DNA of 63,635 bases, filler included, from Octopus bimaculoides (lineage: Eukaryota), in assembly GCF_001194135.2 (NCBI RefSeq). It is 5 parts of 5 records of this genome, joined end to end, with 100 filler letters (N's around TTAATTAATTAA, not from the genome) between each part and the next. Parts side by side here need not be neighbours in the genome. Positions count along the whole stretch, not along the records: positions 1 to 24,055 come from NC_068987.1; positions 24,156 to 49,517 come from NC_068989.1; 3 more parts are not named here. The stretch is one strand, 5' to 3'. The notes beneath the pieces are model-generated. The model worked only from the letters and a program-made list of their open reading frames with translations. It was not told where the DNA came from and did no database searches. Position numbers and translations under genes: made by a program. Of the stretch, positions 13,638 through 26,554 are shown in pieces (positions within the stretch are counted from its first letter, which is position 1; each line of letters begins with the position of its first letter).

Positions 13638-14631
13638 TTTGGTAAACAGCAAAGAAGACCTGCTTCATTATGCTGCTAGGGGAGGAGTTAACAAAAATGA
13701 ACTTGAGAGTGCTTATGAATTCCGAAGAAGAACAGCCATCGAGAGAGAAGAAACCCTACTCTGTATGGAATTACATGGTCAGTTCCACCGTGAAACCAAC
13801 AAATTGAAAGACCAAGAAGAATCATGCAGGTGGCTCAACAAGGGTGACCTAAAAGAGAATACTGAAAGCCTAATCATCGCGGCCTATGACTAGGCATCGA
13901 ATACCAACTCAGTGAAAGAGAATATATTCCACACAAGTGCATCCGACCTCTGCAGAATGTGTTGGAAGAGGGTTGAAAGTGTCACTCACATTGTTAGTGC
14001 TTGTGAAAGTCTTGCGCAGAAAGAGTACAGGCATAGACACGTCAAAGTAGCCCAAAACCTCCATTGGCTACTATGCCGTAAGTTTGAATATGAGGTTACG
14101 GGTGCTTGGTAACAACATACACCCAAAAAGGTAATAGACGAAAAGGGGAAGGAAAATCCTCTGAGAATTTGATTTCCAGATAAACCGTTTCAGCACCGAA
14201 GGCTGGATATTGTAACCTTTAGGATGGACAAAGAAGAATGCTTAATAATCGACCCTAATAATCGACGTGTCAATGCCAAGAGATCAACATATCATCATGA
14301 AAGAAAGAGATGTTGATAAATATGGAAACCTGAGAATTGAGATCGCTAAAATGTGGCAGCTACGAGAATCGAACATGAAGGTAATCCCTTTTGTCATCGG
14401 AGCATTGGGTTCAATAGCACCCAATCTGAAAAAAAAAACATCCGAAAACATTAGAGATACCCTGCAATCTAGATGTATTACAAAAATCGGCATTACTTGG
14501 AACTGCACGCATATTGCGTAAAGCACTATCTGCCTGAGGTCCTTGTTTGACTCGACAAACGGTACAAACCCCCCGGTAGACCCATTATCTTCAATCAACA
14601 ACCTCACGATATTGTATACTTTGCGACGTCT
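13638..14631 (+). mobile_element. 5'-truncated, degraded RLE-type non-LTR retrotransposon (R4/Dong-like)
   Basis: Translates across stops and frameshifts to WLNKGDLKENTESLIIAA, a CRMC-x8-HIVSAC zinc knuckle, KEYRHRHVKVA, RRLDIV, DKYGNLRIEIAKMW and VIPFVIGALGS. (TAA)n flanks both sides. Confidence 0.9.
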
Positions 14632-14664
14632 ATAATAATAATTATAATAATAATGATGATGATG

Positions 14665-14715
<51 letters not shown>

Positions 14716-14718
14716 TTG

Positions 14719-14780
<62 letters not shown>
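14632..14780 (+). repeat. (TAA)n microsatellite
   Basis: About 150-nt TAA array with GAT variants. Confidence 0.95.
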
Positions 14781-14783
<3 letters not shown>

Positions 14784-15114
14784 CACCAGATAATTGACTT
14801 TATACTCCCAATGATGAAAAAGTCAATATGAGAGGTATAGAAGAAATAGCAAAGTGCCAGGACCTAGCCATTGAATTACAGAAGTGCGGATAAAATGTAT
14901 CCCATTATAGGTGCATTAGGATTTATCACTATAGCTCTGAACAGATGGATAGAGGAAATAGGCATAAAACCCATTTTACTACAGCTGCAGAAAACAGTGT
15001 TATTAGGGACAGCTAGGATACTTAAGAGGGTTATTAGCACCTAAGGTTACTTGTTGCAGCCCGATGTTAGGAACTTTTCTTTTCCAACATTCTAATCTGT
15101 TGTGTGTATATGAA
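14781..15114 (+). mobile_element. Second, distinct R4/Dong-like 3' fragment with (TAC)n(TAA)n tail
   Basis: Translates to IIDFILPNDEKV...KCQDLAIELQK...IGALG...LQKTVLLGTARILKRVIST*, followed by a 3' UTR and the (TAC)n array at 15115-15178. Confidence 0.8.
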
Positions 15115-15179
<65 letters not shown>

Positions 15180-16255
15180 ATAATAATAATAATGAATAAC
15201 AGCCCCCAATTTTAATGAGAGGGTTTAGTCCTAACGTGACTTAATTTTATTGACATCGAAAGGGTGAAATGACAATTTGACTTCGACAGGATTACAACTG
15301 AGAACGATTAAGTGGAGCAAGTAGGGCATTCCTATAGAGCATAGACGGTAAACCAAAATGATAATGCTGAAACTAACTACCTGGAAACACCAGTATAAAA
15401 ACTCAATATAGACACAAGCGGGTCTGTTTACGTTAGAGTGGAAAAGAATATACACAAATATAGTAACAATACTAACAACAACAATATGATAAAGTACTCT
15501 ATTAGTTAGACGATGAATGATTGAAGAAGAAAAATACTTGATGTTTCAGAGACCGAAAGAAAGAGAAAGAAGGAGACAGATTAATCTACTTGCGTTTAAA
15601 AGAAAACCATATTTTTGAATGAAGCGGAAGTGAGAAGCAAGTGGTGTTCAATGTCGAATAGATATCAAAGGAATGCAACAGTGATATGTGTGAGCAGTTG
15701 TGTATTTGCATGTGTATATGAGTATGTACGTTTCAAAACTTGTGTACATTTTGTGTATAAGTAGATATGTGTGTCTGTTATTTATATTTTTCAGTATGTT
15801 TGCACACTGGACATGTGTGCGTGTATGTGTGTGACTGCATATTTATGAATATCTATTTGCTGTGTCTGTATACATACTTGATACGTTGTGTTTGTGCTTC
15901 TGACAACTTGTGACAATTGAAGGTGCACTTCTTTTGGTATGTTGGTTTCATGTATATCATCGTTTTAGTTATGCATCATATTTCGTGTATGAGGAAAGCG
16001 TTCGGCGTGTTGGTAAGAGTACGCATGTGTCATTGTTTAAGTATCAACGCATTTCTGGATTTGCTTGTGTGAGAGAAAGAGAGATCGTTGGATGAATGTC
16101 ATACCGTGACTGTGTTTCTTTTCCTAAGTTTGTTACGCGTATATTTGAAGAAAAAACAATTAGAAGAAAGGGAATGATAATTTAAGATGTCTGATTGGAA
16201 AGTTCTACAATGAATATATATATACAATTAAACCTTGGGAGAGGCATTATGCCGG

Positions 16256-16289
<34 letters not shown>

Positions 16290-16754
16290 TCTCAAACGCA
16301 GGATAATGCTTAATATAGCCTGAACAGGATAAACTACCCCTATTTTGCATAAAAAAGTGTAGGCGGCCAGCTATGAGACGCGAACTCACACCTCCGTGAT
16401 TACGCGTCGCGGTGCTCTTAGACAGATTAAGCTAAACTACCCAACGCAAGTTTTTCTGCAAATTTAAGATGTATAGAAATCTCGCTTTATGAGACGCTAT
16501 CATATGTTAAATTCAAATTACGATAAACGTAGACAAACAAACGGAGTTTGCTTCTAGAGGCGTTGAGATGTCTTAGAAATTTCAAGAAGTCATTTAAAAT
16601 TCTCAAACGCAGGATAATGCTAATAATATAGCATGAACAGGTTAAACTACCCCTATTTTGCAGAAAAAAAGTGTAGGCGGCCAGCTATGAGACTGGCCGC
16701 CTACACGTTTTTCTGCAAAATAGGGGTAGTTTAACCTGTTCAGGCTATATTATT
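16290..16754. repeat. About 311-bp period direct repeat with embedded tRNA-like cloverleaf and terminal fold-back
   Basis: 16290-16379 is repeated at 16601-16693, and 16622-16684 is inverted at 16693-16754. A tRNA-like sequence lies on the minus strand at about 16367-16442. Confidence 0.9.
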
Positions 16755-17330
16755 TAAAAGGAATTTAGCAGGAGGTAAGTTGCAGGTAGAAACGAGAGGA
16801 TAGCTACAATTGTCAATATATGGGTGAGGGCAAAAAAAAAAATAGATTACGAAGATGCGAAATGGGCGCTTTATAAGTTTAGTGGTGGTAAGGCTAGGGG
16901 CTAATAGAACATGAGCGCGCACCTATTCCAAAATAGGCAATAAGTACACCAATATGATTTCTTACACTTCAAATATAAGGCATACACTGTTTCAAAAGCC
17001 CACACATATATATAAGTGCATTCTCCATATTCATTATCTACACACCATCAGCATTCCTATGAGAACATGCATCTACCACTGACAAACATCTTTCATATTT
17101 TCCATGACACATAGAAGGACACCACAGCTCAAGAAACTTGTACATGCATGCATACACACAAAAATACTTAAACATATAGATACACCAGGTGAAGGTGACA
17201 TTTTACACAATCAACATTACCTCGCTTCTTTGGAAATATTCGAGTTTTGAACATCATTCAATTAACTTCTATGCCTCTCTCTCTCATTTACAACAATAGC
17301 ATTCAGGTAAACAGTTTCTTGATATCCCTC

Positions 17331-17419
<89 letters not shown>

Positions 17420-17546
17420 TTCTCTCTTTCTCGCTCTCTCTCTCTTTCTGATGATAATCACATAAATCTAGACGTCCACGGCATTTATTTATTCATTAAG
17501 CGTCAAACTCGTACAAATTTTATTCGATGTCAATGCTGTCATTATT

Positions 17547-17943
17547 CTTTTAAACAGATTCTACTCCATATTGATGTAACAGAATTACATACTGAAATTC
17601 CAGCTTAGATTCTCTTGGAGTACTATTTCGGATTATGTTTAACTTACTCGGATCACGTAGAAGCTATTTTATTGCATTATTCATTATATCACTTGTCTAC
17701 AAAACACTTCGCCACTCTTTCAATAAGTTTTTTTCCCTTCACTACTCAATTGCTATGATTACTATGCAGTAAATGTTCATGCCATTTACACCGCTGTCTC
17801 AAAATTTGCCTCATCCTGCTGATAAAAAGCGTCACTTCTTGAATCTCACTAAAATGTTTTTTCACACGTCTAGGTGTTATATTTTACACGTATCATATTA
17901 CACAACTGTTGCCTCCTAAACTATTTTAACTCACGAATTTTCT
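17547..17943 (+). repeat. About 400-bp repeat, left arm of a long inverted pair
   Basis: Aligns along its length with the reverse complement of 19482-19890 (e.g. aacttactcggatcacgtagaa, cacttgtctacaaaacacttc, tatattttacacgtatcatattacacaactgttgcctcctaaacta). Confidence 0.9.
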
Positions 17944-19039
17944 GTTAAACTTCAGAAGAGAAAAATAAAATTCAACTCATTTTAGAACAAACCCTTCCTA
18001 GTCCACAGCCTCAAGCGCCACGAGAAGATCGTTATTACACTGACCGAAAAGAACAGCCCCGTCGAGATATGACATTCTGATCTCTACAACACTGGCAGAA
18101 GCGCATCCGATGCTACTTACACGTACTAACAACGCTCTATCGTTCACAAATTCACTTTTCATTCTTCATCACACACACACACCAAGCATCTACACTATGC
18201 ATTTTTATCATAAAATCCAGAAGCCTATTCATTCTGGCTGTTTCATCGTCTCCTTACCAAACTTATTTCTATGTATTGCCTTCGCATTCTCACACTTTTG
18301 GCTGTCAGTTTTCCCAAGCATATCCCAGAATATAATTACATCGTTTCTCTTTTTCTCATCTGTAATTTTTTCACTAACACTTTCAGACTCCTGTTTATAA
18401 TGAACAGAAAATCCTTTTCCTGTATTCCTCTTTTCATTTTCTGATGATGATCAAATACATATGAGGCGATTCTTTCGATTCACTCATTCGGCCTCAGACT
18501 AATTCCTCATATCGTGATGCTCGCTGTTTTCCTAATTATGTGAATATACATTCATGTATATAAGTGCATAGATATATAAATGACTACAGATACACGTAAA
18601 CATACATAAAATACATAGATATTAACATACGGTATTTTAATATCTACGTGTAAATTACGAAGTGTGATTAAGTATAAATATCATTATAAATTTTATTTTA
18701 AGCCTTCAGTTGTACTTATAGAATACCATTGTTACATTTGAAATTTGCGTGCCTCTCTACAATTGGAAAATGATATGTGAATGAAATACAGTATGTAGTA
18801 TATTTTGTGGAAAAAGATCAATATAGGCGCAAGAGTGCCTGTGTGGTAAGTAGCTAAATGGGCATTTAAATTTCCCGGTACACGTAACACTATCTTCGTA
18901 TACTGACAATTAGAATAATATGAAATGCTTCTGAGGTAACATCTTAAATAAATAACAATGTTAAGCTGCATTTTACTTTAATAAATAATTAACAAATACG
19001 GGTATATAAATAAAAGCAAACATTACTTTTTTTTTTTTT

Positions 19040-19295
19040 TTTTTTTTTTTATAAACATCGAAACTGTGTATTGTACGAAATAAATACGAAGATAATTTGT
19101 TTTCCGAACATAGAACCATAGAAAAATTCGTCAACAAACAGCCATGGGACTCGAATCCACTTCCCTTACAAGACTCCGACTGAGTGCTATGCCATGAAAC
19201 TAAACTTCCTCCTGACAAATTTATCCGCAAATTTAGCGGGAGACTTTGATTAACGTGGGTTCGAGTCCCATGGCTGGTTGTTGACAATTTTTTTC
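19040..19295 (-). mobile_element. tRNA-headed SINE-like element with inverted duplication of its B-box region
   Basis: The minus strand has box A-like TAGTTTCATGG and box B GGATTCGAGTCC. 19122-19160 is inverted at 19255-19292 with few mismatches. Confidence 0.7.
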
Positions 19296-19368
19296 CGCTT
19301 TGTAAGGCCGCTTGACCAGTGATCTACAGATCTTATTTCATTCTCTCTCTGTTTAGTTTATCTTATTC

Positions 19369-19404
19369 CTTTCTGTTGAAGAGTGTAGGCTCGAAACGTA
19401 AAAG
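19369..19404 (+). ncRNA. Minimal type I hammerhead-like motif (PLE-type, A6U variant)
   Basis: CTTT-CTGTTGA-A-GAGT(GTAG)GCTC-GAAA-CG-TA-AAAG gives helix I CTTT/AAAG, a 4-bp helix II, palindromic ACGT helix III and a UA cleavage site. Confidence 0.6.
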
Positions 19405-19481
19405 ACTCTTTCATATTTCCCAGCGTCACAAATACACTTCCTTGTTGTTCAAACATCTGTTTTTTTTTTCTTTTGTTTTCC

Positions 19482-19890
19482 AGAAATTTCGAGAGTGGAA
19501 GTAGTTTAGGAGGCAACAGTTGTGTAATATGATACGTGTAAAATATAACAACTAGATTTGTGAAAAACCAATTTAGTGAGATTCAAGAAATGACGCTCTT
19601 AAGCAGTAGGAAGCAGGGTGAGGTAAATTTTCAGACAGCGGTGTAAATGGCATGAAAATTTAGTGTATAGTAACCATAGTATATTGAGTAGTGAAGGGAG
19701 AAAATGTTATTGACAGAGTGGGGAAGTGTTTTGTAGACAAGTGAGATAATAAATAATGCAATAAAATAGTTTCTACGTGATCCGAGTAAGTTAAACATAA
19801 CAATCTGAATTAGTGCTCGAAGAGAATCTGAGTTGGAATTTTAGTATGTAATTCTGTTACAACAATATGGAGTAGAATCTGTTTAAAAGT
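19482..19890 (-). repeat. About 400-bp repeat, right arm of the long inverted pair
   Basis: Reverse complement of 17547-17943 with scattered substitutions. Confidence 0.9.
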
Positions 19891-21324
19891 ATAACATATA
19901 TATATATATATATATATATATANNNNNNNNNNNNNNNNNNNNNNNNNNNNNNNNNNNNNNNNNNNNNNNNATATGTGTGTGTGTGTTTGTGTGTTTGTAT
20001 GTGTGTGAGCGTGTGTACGATGCGTATGCTAAAGAGAATTTTATATCCCCATGTATTAAATAGGATTATTATCCTACTTGATTTATTGTAGAACATTATG
20101 TTAGTTTAATAAAATTTGCATCGAAAGTGTATGATGACTGTCATCTACAAATTAATTTAATACTCTGTACACATTATTTAAACCAAGAAATCAAATTTAC
20201 ATTTAGAATTTTGACTATTTTTTTTTCATTATGTAAATAGTGCAAACAAAATTAAAAGCTTTACTACTGACAAATACCTCGCAATAAAATATATTAATAC
20301 TTCAGTGGTCCTAAAACTATGTGGTGATTCAAAAATCATCTAAACAAATTAACAAAGGAAATACGTGAGAGCAATTCTTGAAAATATTTCTATCAAACCT
20401 TTCAATAGACAAATTAGTCATTAAGCTGTAGAAATATTTAGAAAAATTTTAAAAAGTGATACATGTTGGTGCAAAATACTCTTAAAGTGAATGACTTAGT
20501 AGTAATTCTTCAAAACGAATTTATCTTGAAATTTTTAGAAAACTTACGCATGGCGTCACTTTGATTAAATAGAATATATACACGTCTTGTATATCTAAGA
20601 ATTTGCTCTGGTCAAGAGAACAAGGGTTAAAAATATTTCCTCAAGCACTATTAGTTTATTTTAGTATGATGTCAACGGTGGTTTGATGGCAGCCGATGCA
20701 AAAAATAAGATAAGTCAGAGTATTAAACTAATAATGTAACATCTTCATCTTTTTATTTTAAAATAGCATTTGAGAACATATCAACTGTTCTCTTTCTCTC
20801 CAAACAGATATATTATTAATTAATGCTTTCTTCTTAGCAGTACAGATAGGTTATAACTTTAAATTAGTGAGTCAAGAAATGCTCATTAATTAATTAGTAT
20901 TAGAGCTACATTGATGAGAGGACATTAGTAAGAGTGTAATGTTACTTAATTGGAGAAGCACATTAGAGTAGACAATTTCGGAATGTAAATTAATTAAAAT
21001 TAATTAATCAGAGAATGCAGTAAGAAGTGTGTCTAAATCTTTGTCATTAATGTAAATTTCGGATATGTTTTAGTTTTATTAGACAGGTTTCACCAGCAAA
21101 GCGCCAGCCAGAGGCATTTCAGATCTTAGAATGATATACGAGATATGAAAATTTCATGTATGAACACACCAAGCTGTATGCAATATAAACTAATATCAAC
21201 AAAAATAATCAGACTCTTACTACATGAAAAATATATGGTACTTCATGAATAACGAAAAACAACTGGTTACAAAGACGTGAGCTACAGTTGATCCGATCAA
21301 CGGAAACACCACTTTATGAAATTA

Positions 21325-21495
21325 ATGTGCAAGCGGTTGAGCAATCTAAAGAGATGCGTGCCCTTCATGTAATTCTCAAGGACATTCATTGTGATAGTGA
21401 ATGTGACAGGGTTGACTCTTTGAATTACAGGTAATACTCAATTTTGTCAGCTGAGTGAGCTGGTGCAGAGAAAAATAAGGTGTCTTGTTCAAGGA
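21325..21495 (-). mobile_element. Degenerate SINE body (CORE-like domain plus the tail of the 29007 family)
   Basis: The minus strand gives ccttgaacaagacacc...gctcactcagctgac...gtaattcaaagagtcaaccctgtcacatt, homologous to parts of 29205-29260 and 52090-52150. Confidence 0.65.
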
Positions 21496-21514
21496 CATAA
21501 GGGGCAGCAGAGTT

Positions 21515-21660
21515 GGAAAAATGGTTAGCATGCTAGGTAAAATGCTTAGCATCATTTCGTCCGTCTTTACGTTCTGAGTTAAAATTCTGATTTAGCTTTC
21601 CGTCTTTTCGATGTAATCGATTTAATCTCTTCCCCCAAAATGCTGGCCTGGTGACAAAAA
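21515..21660 (+). mobile_element. Degenerate Deu/Nin-type SINE
   Basis: aaatgcttagcatcatttcgtccgtctttacgttctgagt matches the family head. Confidence 0.7.
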
Positions 21661-23441
21661 ATTTAAAATCAATTTCATAGTTCCCGATGAAAACCTCTGA
21701 ATAAAGACATATTATCATGCACTCTGTTACGTTTTAATAGGACTGCAGAGTTTTGCTCGTTGCTTGAGACAAATGAGAAAATAAGCTTTTCATAACTACT
21801 CTGAAGTATTACAGGTCTTTTTGATGCACTCCATGGTTGTCTTGGACGCATGAATTTGTTTTAAAAACACCCAGTTACATGTTCAAATTCTTTGGAAAGG
21901 TAAAAAATCCTCTGCATGGTTAGGTAGTTTCTATAACTACCCGTTCGTATAACATAGGATATATGAAGACCTACTCTTGTCAGTGTGATCTTGGAAAACA
22001 TGCACTGGGAAATATAGCTGCCCGAAAAAATGATTGTATTAAAATATATACTGCATTTTTTGTGGGCTGTATCCTTAAATATTCCCCTGCTGTTCTTGGT
22101 AATGTCTGGGTTATATGATGCATTATAGTGAAATATCATGCGCTTTTAGTTCTTCTTAATATTATAATAGGGTGCAACCCTATTGTTAAGGTGTTTTCGG
22201 ATGTTGATCAAAAGACGAATAAAATACCGCTAGACATTTTATCCAGCGTGCTAGCGATTCGGCCAGTTCGACTCCTTACTCCCATAAGTAATATCGATGT
22301 ATGTTTTATAGATATATTCTGTATTTATACTTTTTGGTTTATTAAATACTAGTTTTCTTGTATTGTAGACAATTTAAAAGTTATTATTCATATCAGTCTA
22401 ACAAGAGTTATGTTTATGAATCTTTTAAAATATGTTTTCCTTTTATATCTATTTCAGATAATTCATATTATTTTAACAATTGAAATAGCAGTAGCTATTT
22501 TCATTATTAAAAGTTTAATCAACTCAAACATGGTCTCATTTGGTAGGTAAACAATTACAGTATAAATAGCGTAAAATATGCGAGTTTGTATGTTTGAATT
22601 GCATAAGTTTGCATATACCTATTCCTTCAATACTTGGACTGAATTCTTCCGGCGTGTATTGAGCATATATGCATAGACCGCATAGCATTTTATTGAATGT
22701 TTACAATTATAGTATTACAAGCAAACTCGGATGCCAGATGTGTAATATTTTTCATATTTGTTGCTAAAGTTACTGTATTGTGTGAATAACATTCTTTCTT
22801 TGTAATTTTGATTTATATCAAGCAGCAAAAATTAATCCATGAATAATGTTGAATATCATCTACACACTGTATATTTCTAATGCTATACTTTTAACAAAAT
22901 TGAACACCAAAATAACTAACATGTTATCATAGCAATTATTTCCAGCATATATCATCGTTTCAAAATTCACATGTATAGACAGTCTTTTAGTATAAACGAA
23001 ATAACGATAAATCTAAATTTTGTCTTTTGAGTTAATAGTAATAGACTATATTTATTAAAGGATATCGATTTGCGGTAAAATAGTTATATGTAGAGAACTG
23101 AGAATAGCCAACGAGATTTGAGAAAGAAAAACAAGAGGAAAATAACGAATTTATCACTGGCCAAAGATATACAGCTAGTTTCCTGTATTTCCTTCAAATG
23201 ACTAATATTTATAAATATTCCTGAACGTAAATCATTCTGAACTCTGATACGAAGAGACTAAATTATACATTGTCTAAAACTAAACAAAACTAACGTTCAA
23301 TGAACACACCTATATGCATGTAGGTTAACATATATGCATGCTTATACGTGTGTGTATGTGTGTGTATGTGCATGTGTGTATGTGCATGTGTGTATGCGCG
23401 AATGTGTATACGTATGTATATGTATACATATATGTATACAC

Positions 23442-23523
<82 letters not shown>

Positions 23524-24099
23524 ATGTATGGATATGTGTATGCATACACACATGCATGTTTATGCACAAATTTACAGACAGTGAGAGAGACCGAAAGGCA
23601 GACAGATATACGTGTACGTGCGTTTGTCTGTCTGACAGATGCATGCAATTGGAGAATCGTTTGCGTAAAATGCTATTCACCGTATTTTCAGTCCGTACAA
23701 AGTATGTTATTTACTAAGCTTTCATTTCACACTAAACATAACAAATATATGTGCAACAGTGAATTTGATCGATAAAAAAAAACAGAAAATTCTCTGTGTG
23801 TGCATGCATGAGCGTGTGCTTGTGTGTTTGTGTGAGTGTGTGTGTGGCGTCCATGTACGTCAGTGTTACGCGAGAATTGACCATGAAATTTCTATCAATC
23901 TTCACCAAATATTTTCTTACCTAAATAATTGCTAACATTTACTCTGAGCTTTCATGAGTTTGTCAGACAAATTTCTTATGTCTACCTCATCTTTAGAATA
24001 TTTTTGTTGCATACTTTGATAGAAATAGTCAATTATTCGAATATATATATATATANNNNNNNNNNNNNNNNNNNNNNNNNNNNNNNNNNNNNNNNNNNN

Positions 24100-24111
24100 T
24101 TAATTAATTAA
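24100..24111. other. Artificial scaffolding linker TTAATTAATTAA
   Basis: An identical 12-mer sits between two short N-runs four times in the window; it has stop codons in all six frames. Confidence 0.9.
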
Positions 24112-25465
24112 NNNNNNNNNNNNNNNNNNNNNNNNNNNNNNNNNNNNNNNNNNNNTACGTGAGTGTTTTATTTCGTAATTGCTTTCTAAGAAATTTTGGG
24201 ATTTTTTTTAACCTTCAGAACATTGAAGAAACCGAATGAAATAATAAGAAAATACATATATCCACACTGTTAATATATATGTATGTATGTATATGCGTAT
24301 GGTATGTGTGTATACGTGCGTGTGCACGTGTATATATGTATGCATGTATGTATCGATATACCTATATATGTATATGTGTGTTGTGTATGTATATCTATAT
24401 GGATATACATATAATGAAATATATTTGCCATATAGCAATATGGAACTTTCCTTACTTTGTGTATATTGTCACTTAAACAAGTGAATGACAACAGAATATA
24501 GGAAGACAAAAGAAGCAGAACTACGTGAAAAAGTAAAAATAAAACAGCCATGCGCACATAAACACATACACATAAGCAAATGAACACACATGTAATAAGA
24601 GATGCTTATCTATATTCTTTATTGGTGAATTCATGGTAGATTCTTTAAATAAGTCTCACAAAACTCAGAGAAAATGTTTGTGTCGTGTAAGAAGGAAATG
24701 ATACAGACATTAACTCCTGACAAATCCAACAACAACAACAGCAACGAGAAAAGTTGTAGACGCAGCAAAGAAAATATAATGAACCTTGTCTGCAGTAAAA
24801 TCAACTTATAATGGAACTTTAGACTTCGAATAAGCTGGGAAGATTTATGGAAACGATAAGTAAGAAAGGAGAAAGCCAAAAAATATTATAACGATGAAGA
24901 CATCAACAACTCGAACAAGAAGTAAACAGTAGTCGATATAGCTATAAATATCAGCACCAGGTTTGGCAGAATGATGGGCAGGTCTTTGAAATGTAGACGA
25001 TAGATATGGTTGCAATCTGTTGGCAGTAAGCTGACTTCACAAAAGAATTCAATCAGGTTTATATATAAAGACATTACTTCTTGATGAAAGAAACTAACGT
25101 GCATGCACGGTTGCATGTTCGTGAATTCAGCTGTAAGTATAAATTCGTGCATATGCGTCAGGGTCGATGTAGGAGCGCGTATCTGAATACATACGCGTGT
25201 ATTTATGTGTGTGTGTGTGTGTGAGTGTGTATGTGTGTGCGTGCGTGTGTGTGTGTTTGTGCGTGGGTTTCAGTGTCTGTGCTTGTACTACATATGGGTG
25301 TGTTTGCTATGTGCAATTGTACAGGGGATAATGTGTGCCTAGATTTGTGCGTCGAATACTGTTCCGGCGGGTGTATTAGCGATAGCTGTTAAGTATGTTG
25401 TTAATTTTCAGATAAAGAACAGACGATTGATGTATATATTATTGATGGGCGTATTTAAGACTCTG

Positions 25466-25496
<31 letters not shown>

Positions 25497-26554
25497 ACTT
25501 GGGGATGGTCATATTGCCAGTTTAGCCAATAAAAACACACGCACTNNNNNNNNNNNNNNNNNNNNNNNNNNNNNNNNNNNNNNNNNNNNNNNNNNNNNNN
25601 NNNNNNNNNNNNNNNNNNNNNNNNNNNNNNNNNNNNNNNNNNNNNNNNNNNNNNNNNNNNNNNNNNNNNNNNNNNNNNNNNNNNNNNNNNNNNNNNNNNN
25701 NNNNNNNNNNNNNNNNNNNNNNNNNNNNNNNNNNNNNNNNNNNNNNNNNNNNNNNNNNNNNNNNNNNNNNNNNNNNNNNNNNNNNNNNNNNNNNNNNNNN
25801 NNNNNNNNNNNNNNNNNNNNNNNNNNNNNNNNNNNNNNNNNNNNNNNNNNNNNNNNNNNNNNNNNNNNNNNNNNNNNNNNNNNNNNNNNNNNNNNNNNNN
25901 NNNNNNNNNNNNNNNNNNNNNNNNNNNNNNNNNNNNNNNNNNNNNNNNNNNNNNNNNNNNNNNNNNNNNNNNNNNNNNNNNNNNNNNNNNNNNNNNNNNN
26001 NNNNNNNNNNNNNNNNNNNNNNNNNNNNNNNNNNNNNNNNNNNNNNNNNNNNNNNNNNNNNNNNNNNNNNNNNNNNNNNNNNNNNNNNNNNNNNNNNNNN
26101 NNNNNNNNNNNNNNNNNNNNNNNNNNNNNNNNNNNNNNNNNNNNNNNNNNNNNNNNNNNNNNNNNNNNNNNNNNNNNNNNNNNNNNNNNNNNNNNNNNNN
26201 NNNNNNNNNNNNNNNNNNNNNNNNNNNNNNNNNNNNNNNNNNNNNNNNNNNNNNNNNNNNNNNNNNNNNNNNNNNNNNNNNNNNNNNNNNNNNNNNNNNN
26301 NNNNNNNNNNNNNNNNNNNNNNNNNNNNNNNNNNNNNNNNNNNNNNNNNNNNNNNNNNNNNNNNNNNNNNNNNNNNNNNNNNNNNNNNNNNNNNNNNNNN
26401 NNNNNNNNNNNNNNNNNNNNNNNNNNNNNNNNNNNNNNNNNNNNNNNNNNNNNNNNNNNNNNNNNNNNNNNNNNNNNNNNNNNNNNNNNNNNNNNNNNNN
26501 NNNNNNNNNNNNNNNNNNNATATATATATATATACATACATATATATATATTTA

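Noticed and set aside
16367-16442. Functional tRNA-Thr gene
   Set aside because: The acceptor stem is imperfect, there are non-canonical loop bases (G at 33, CG in the T-loop) and it is embedded in a repeat; kept only as tRNA-like. SINE heads were rejected as tRNA genes for the same reasons.
25100-25140. Strong donor-like site GCT/gtaagta as a possible upstream non-coding exon
   Set aside because: No defined exon start or partner acceptor; a single motif is expected by chance.
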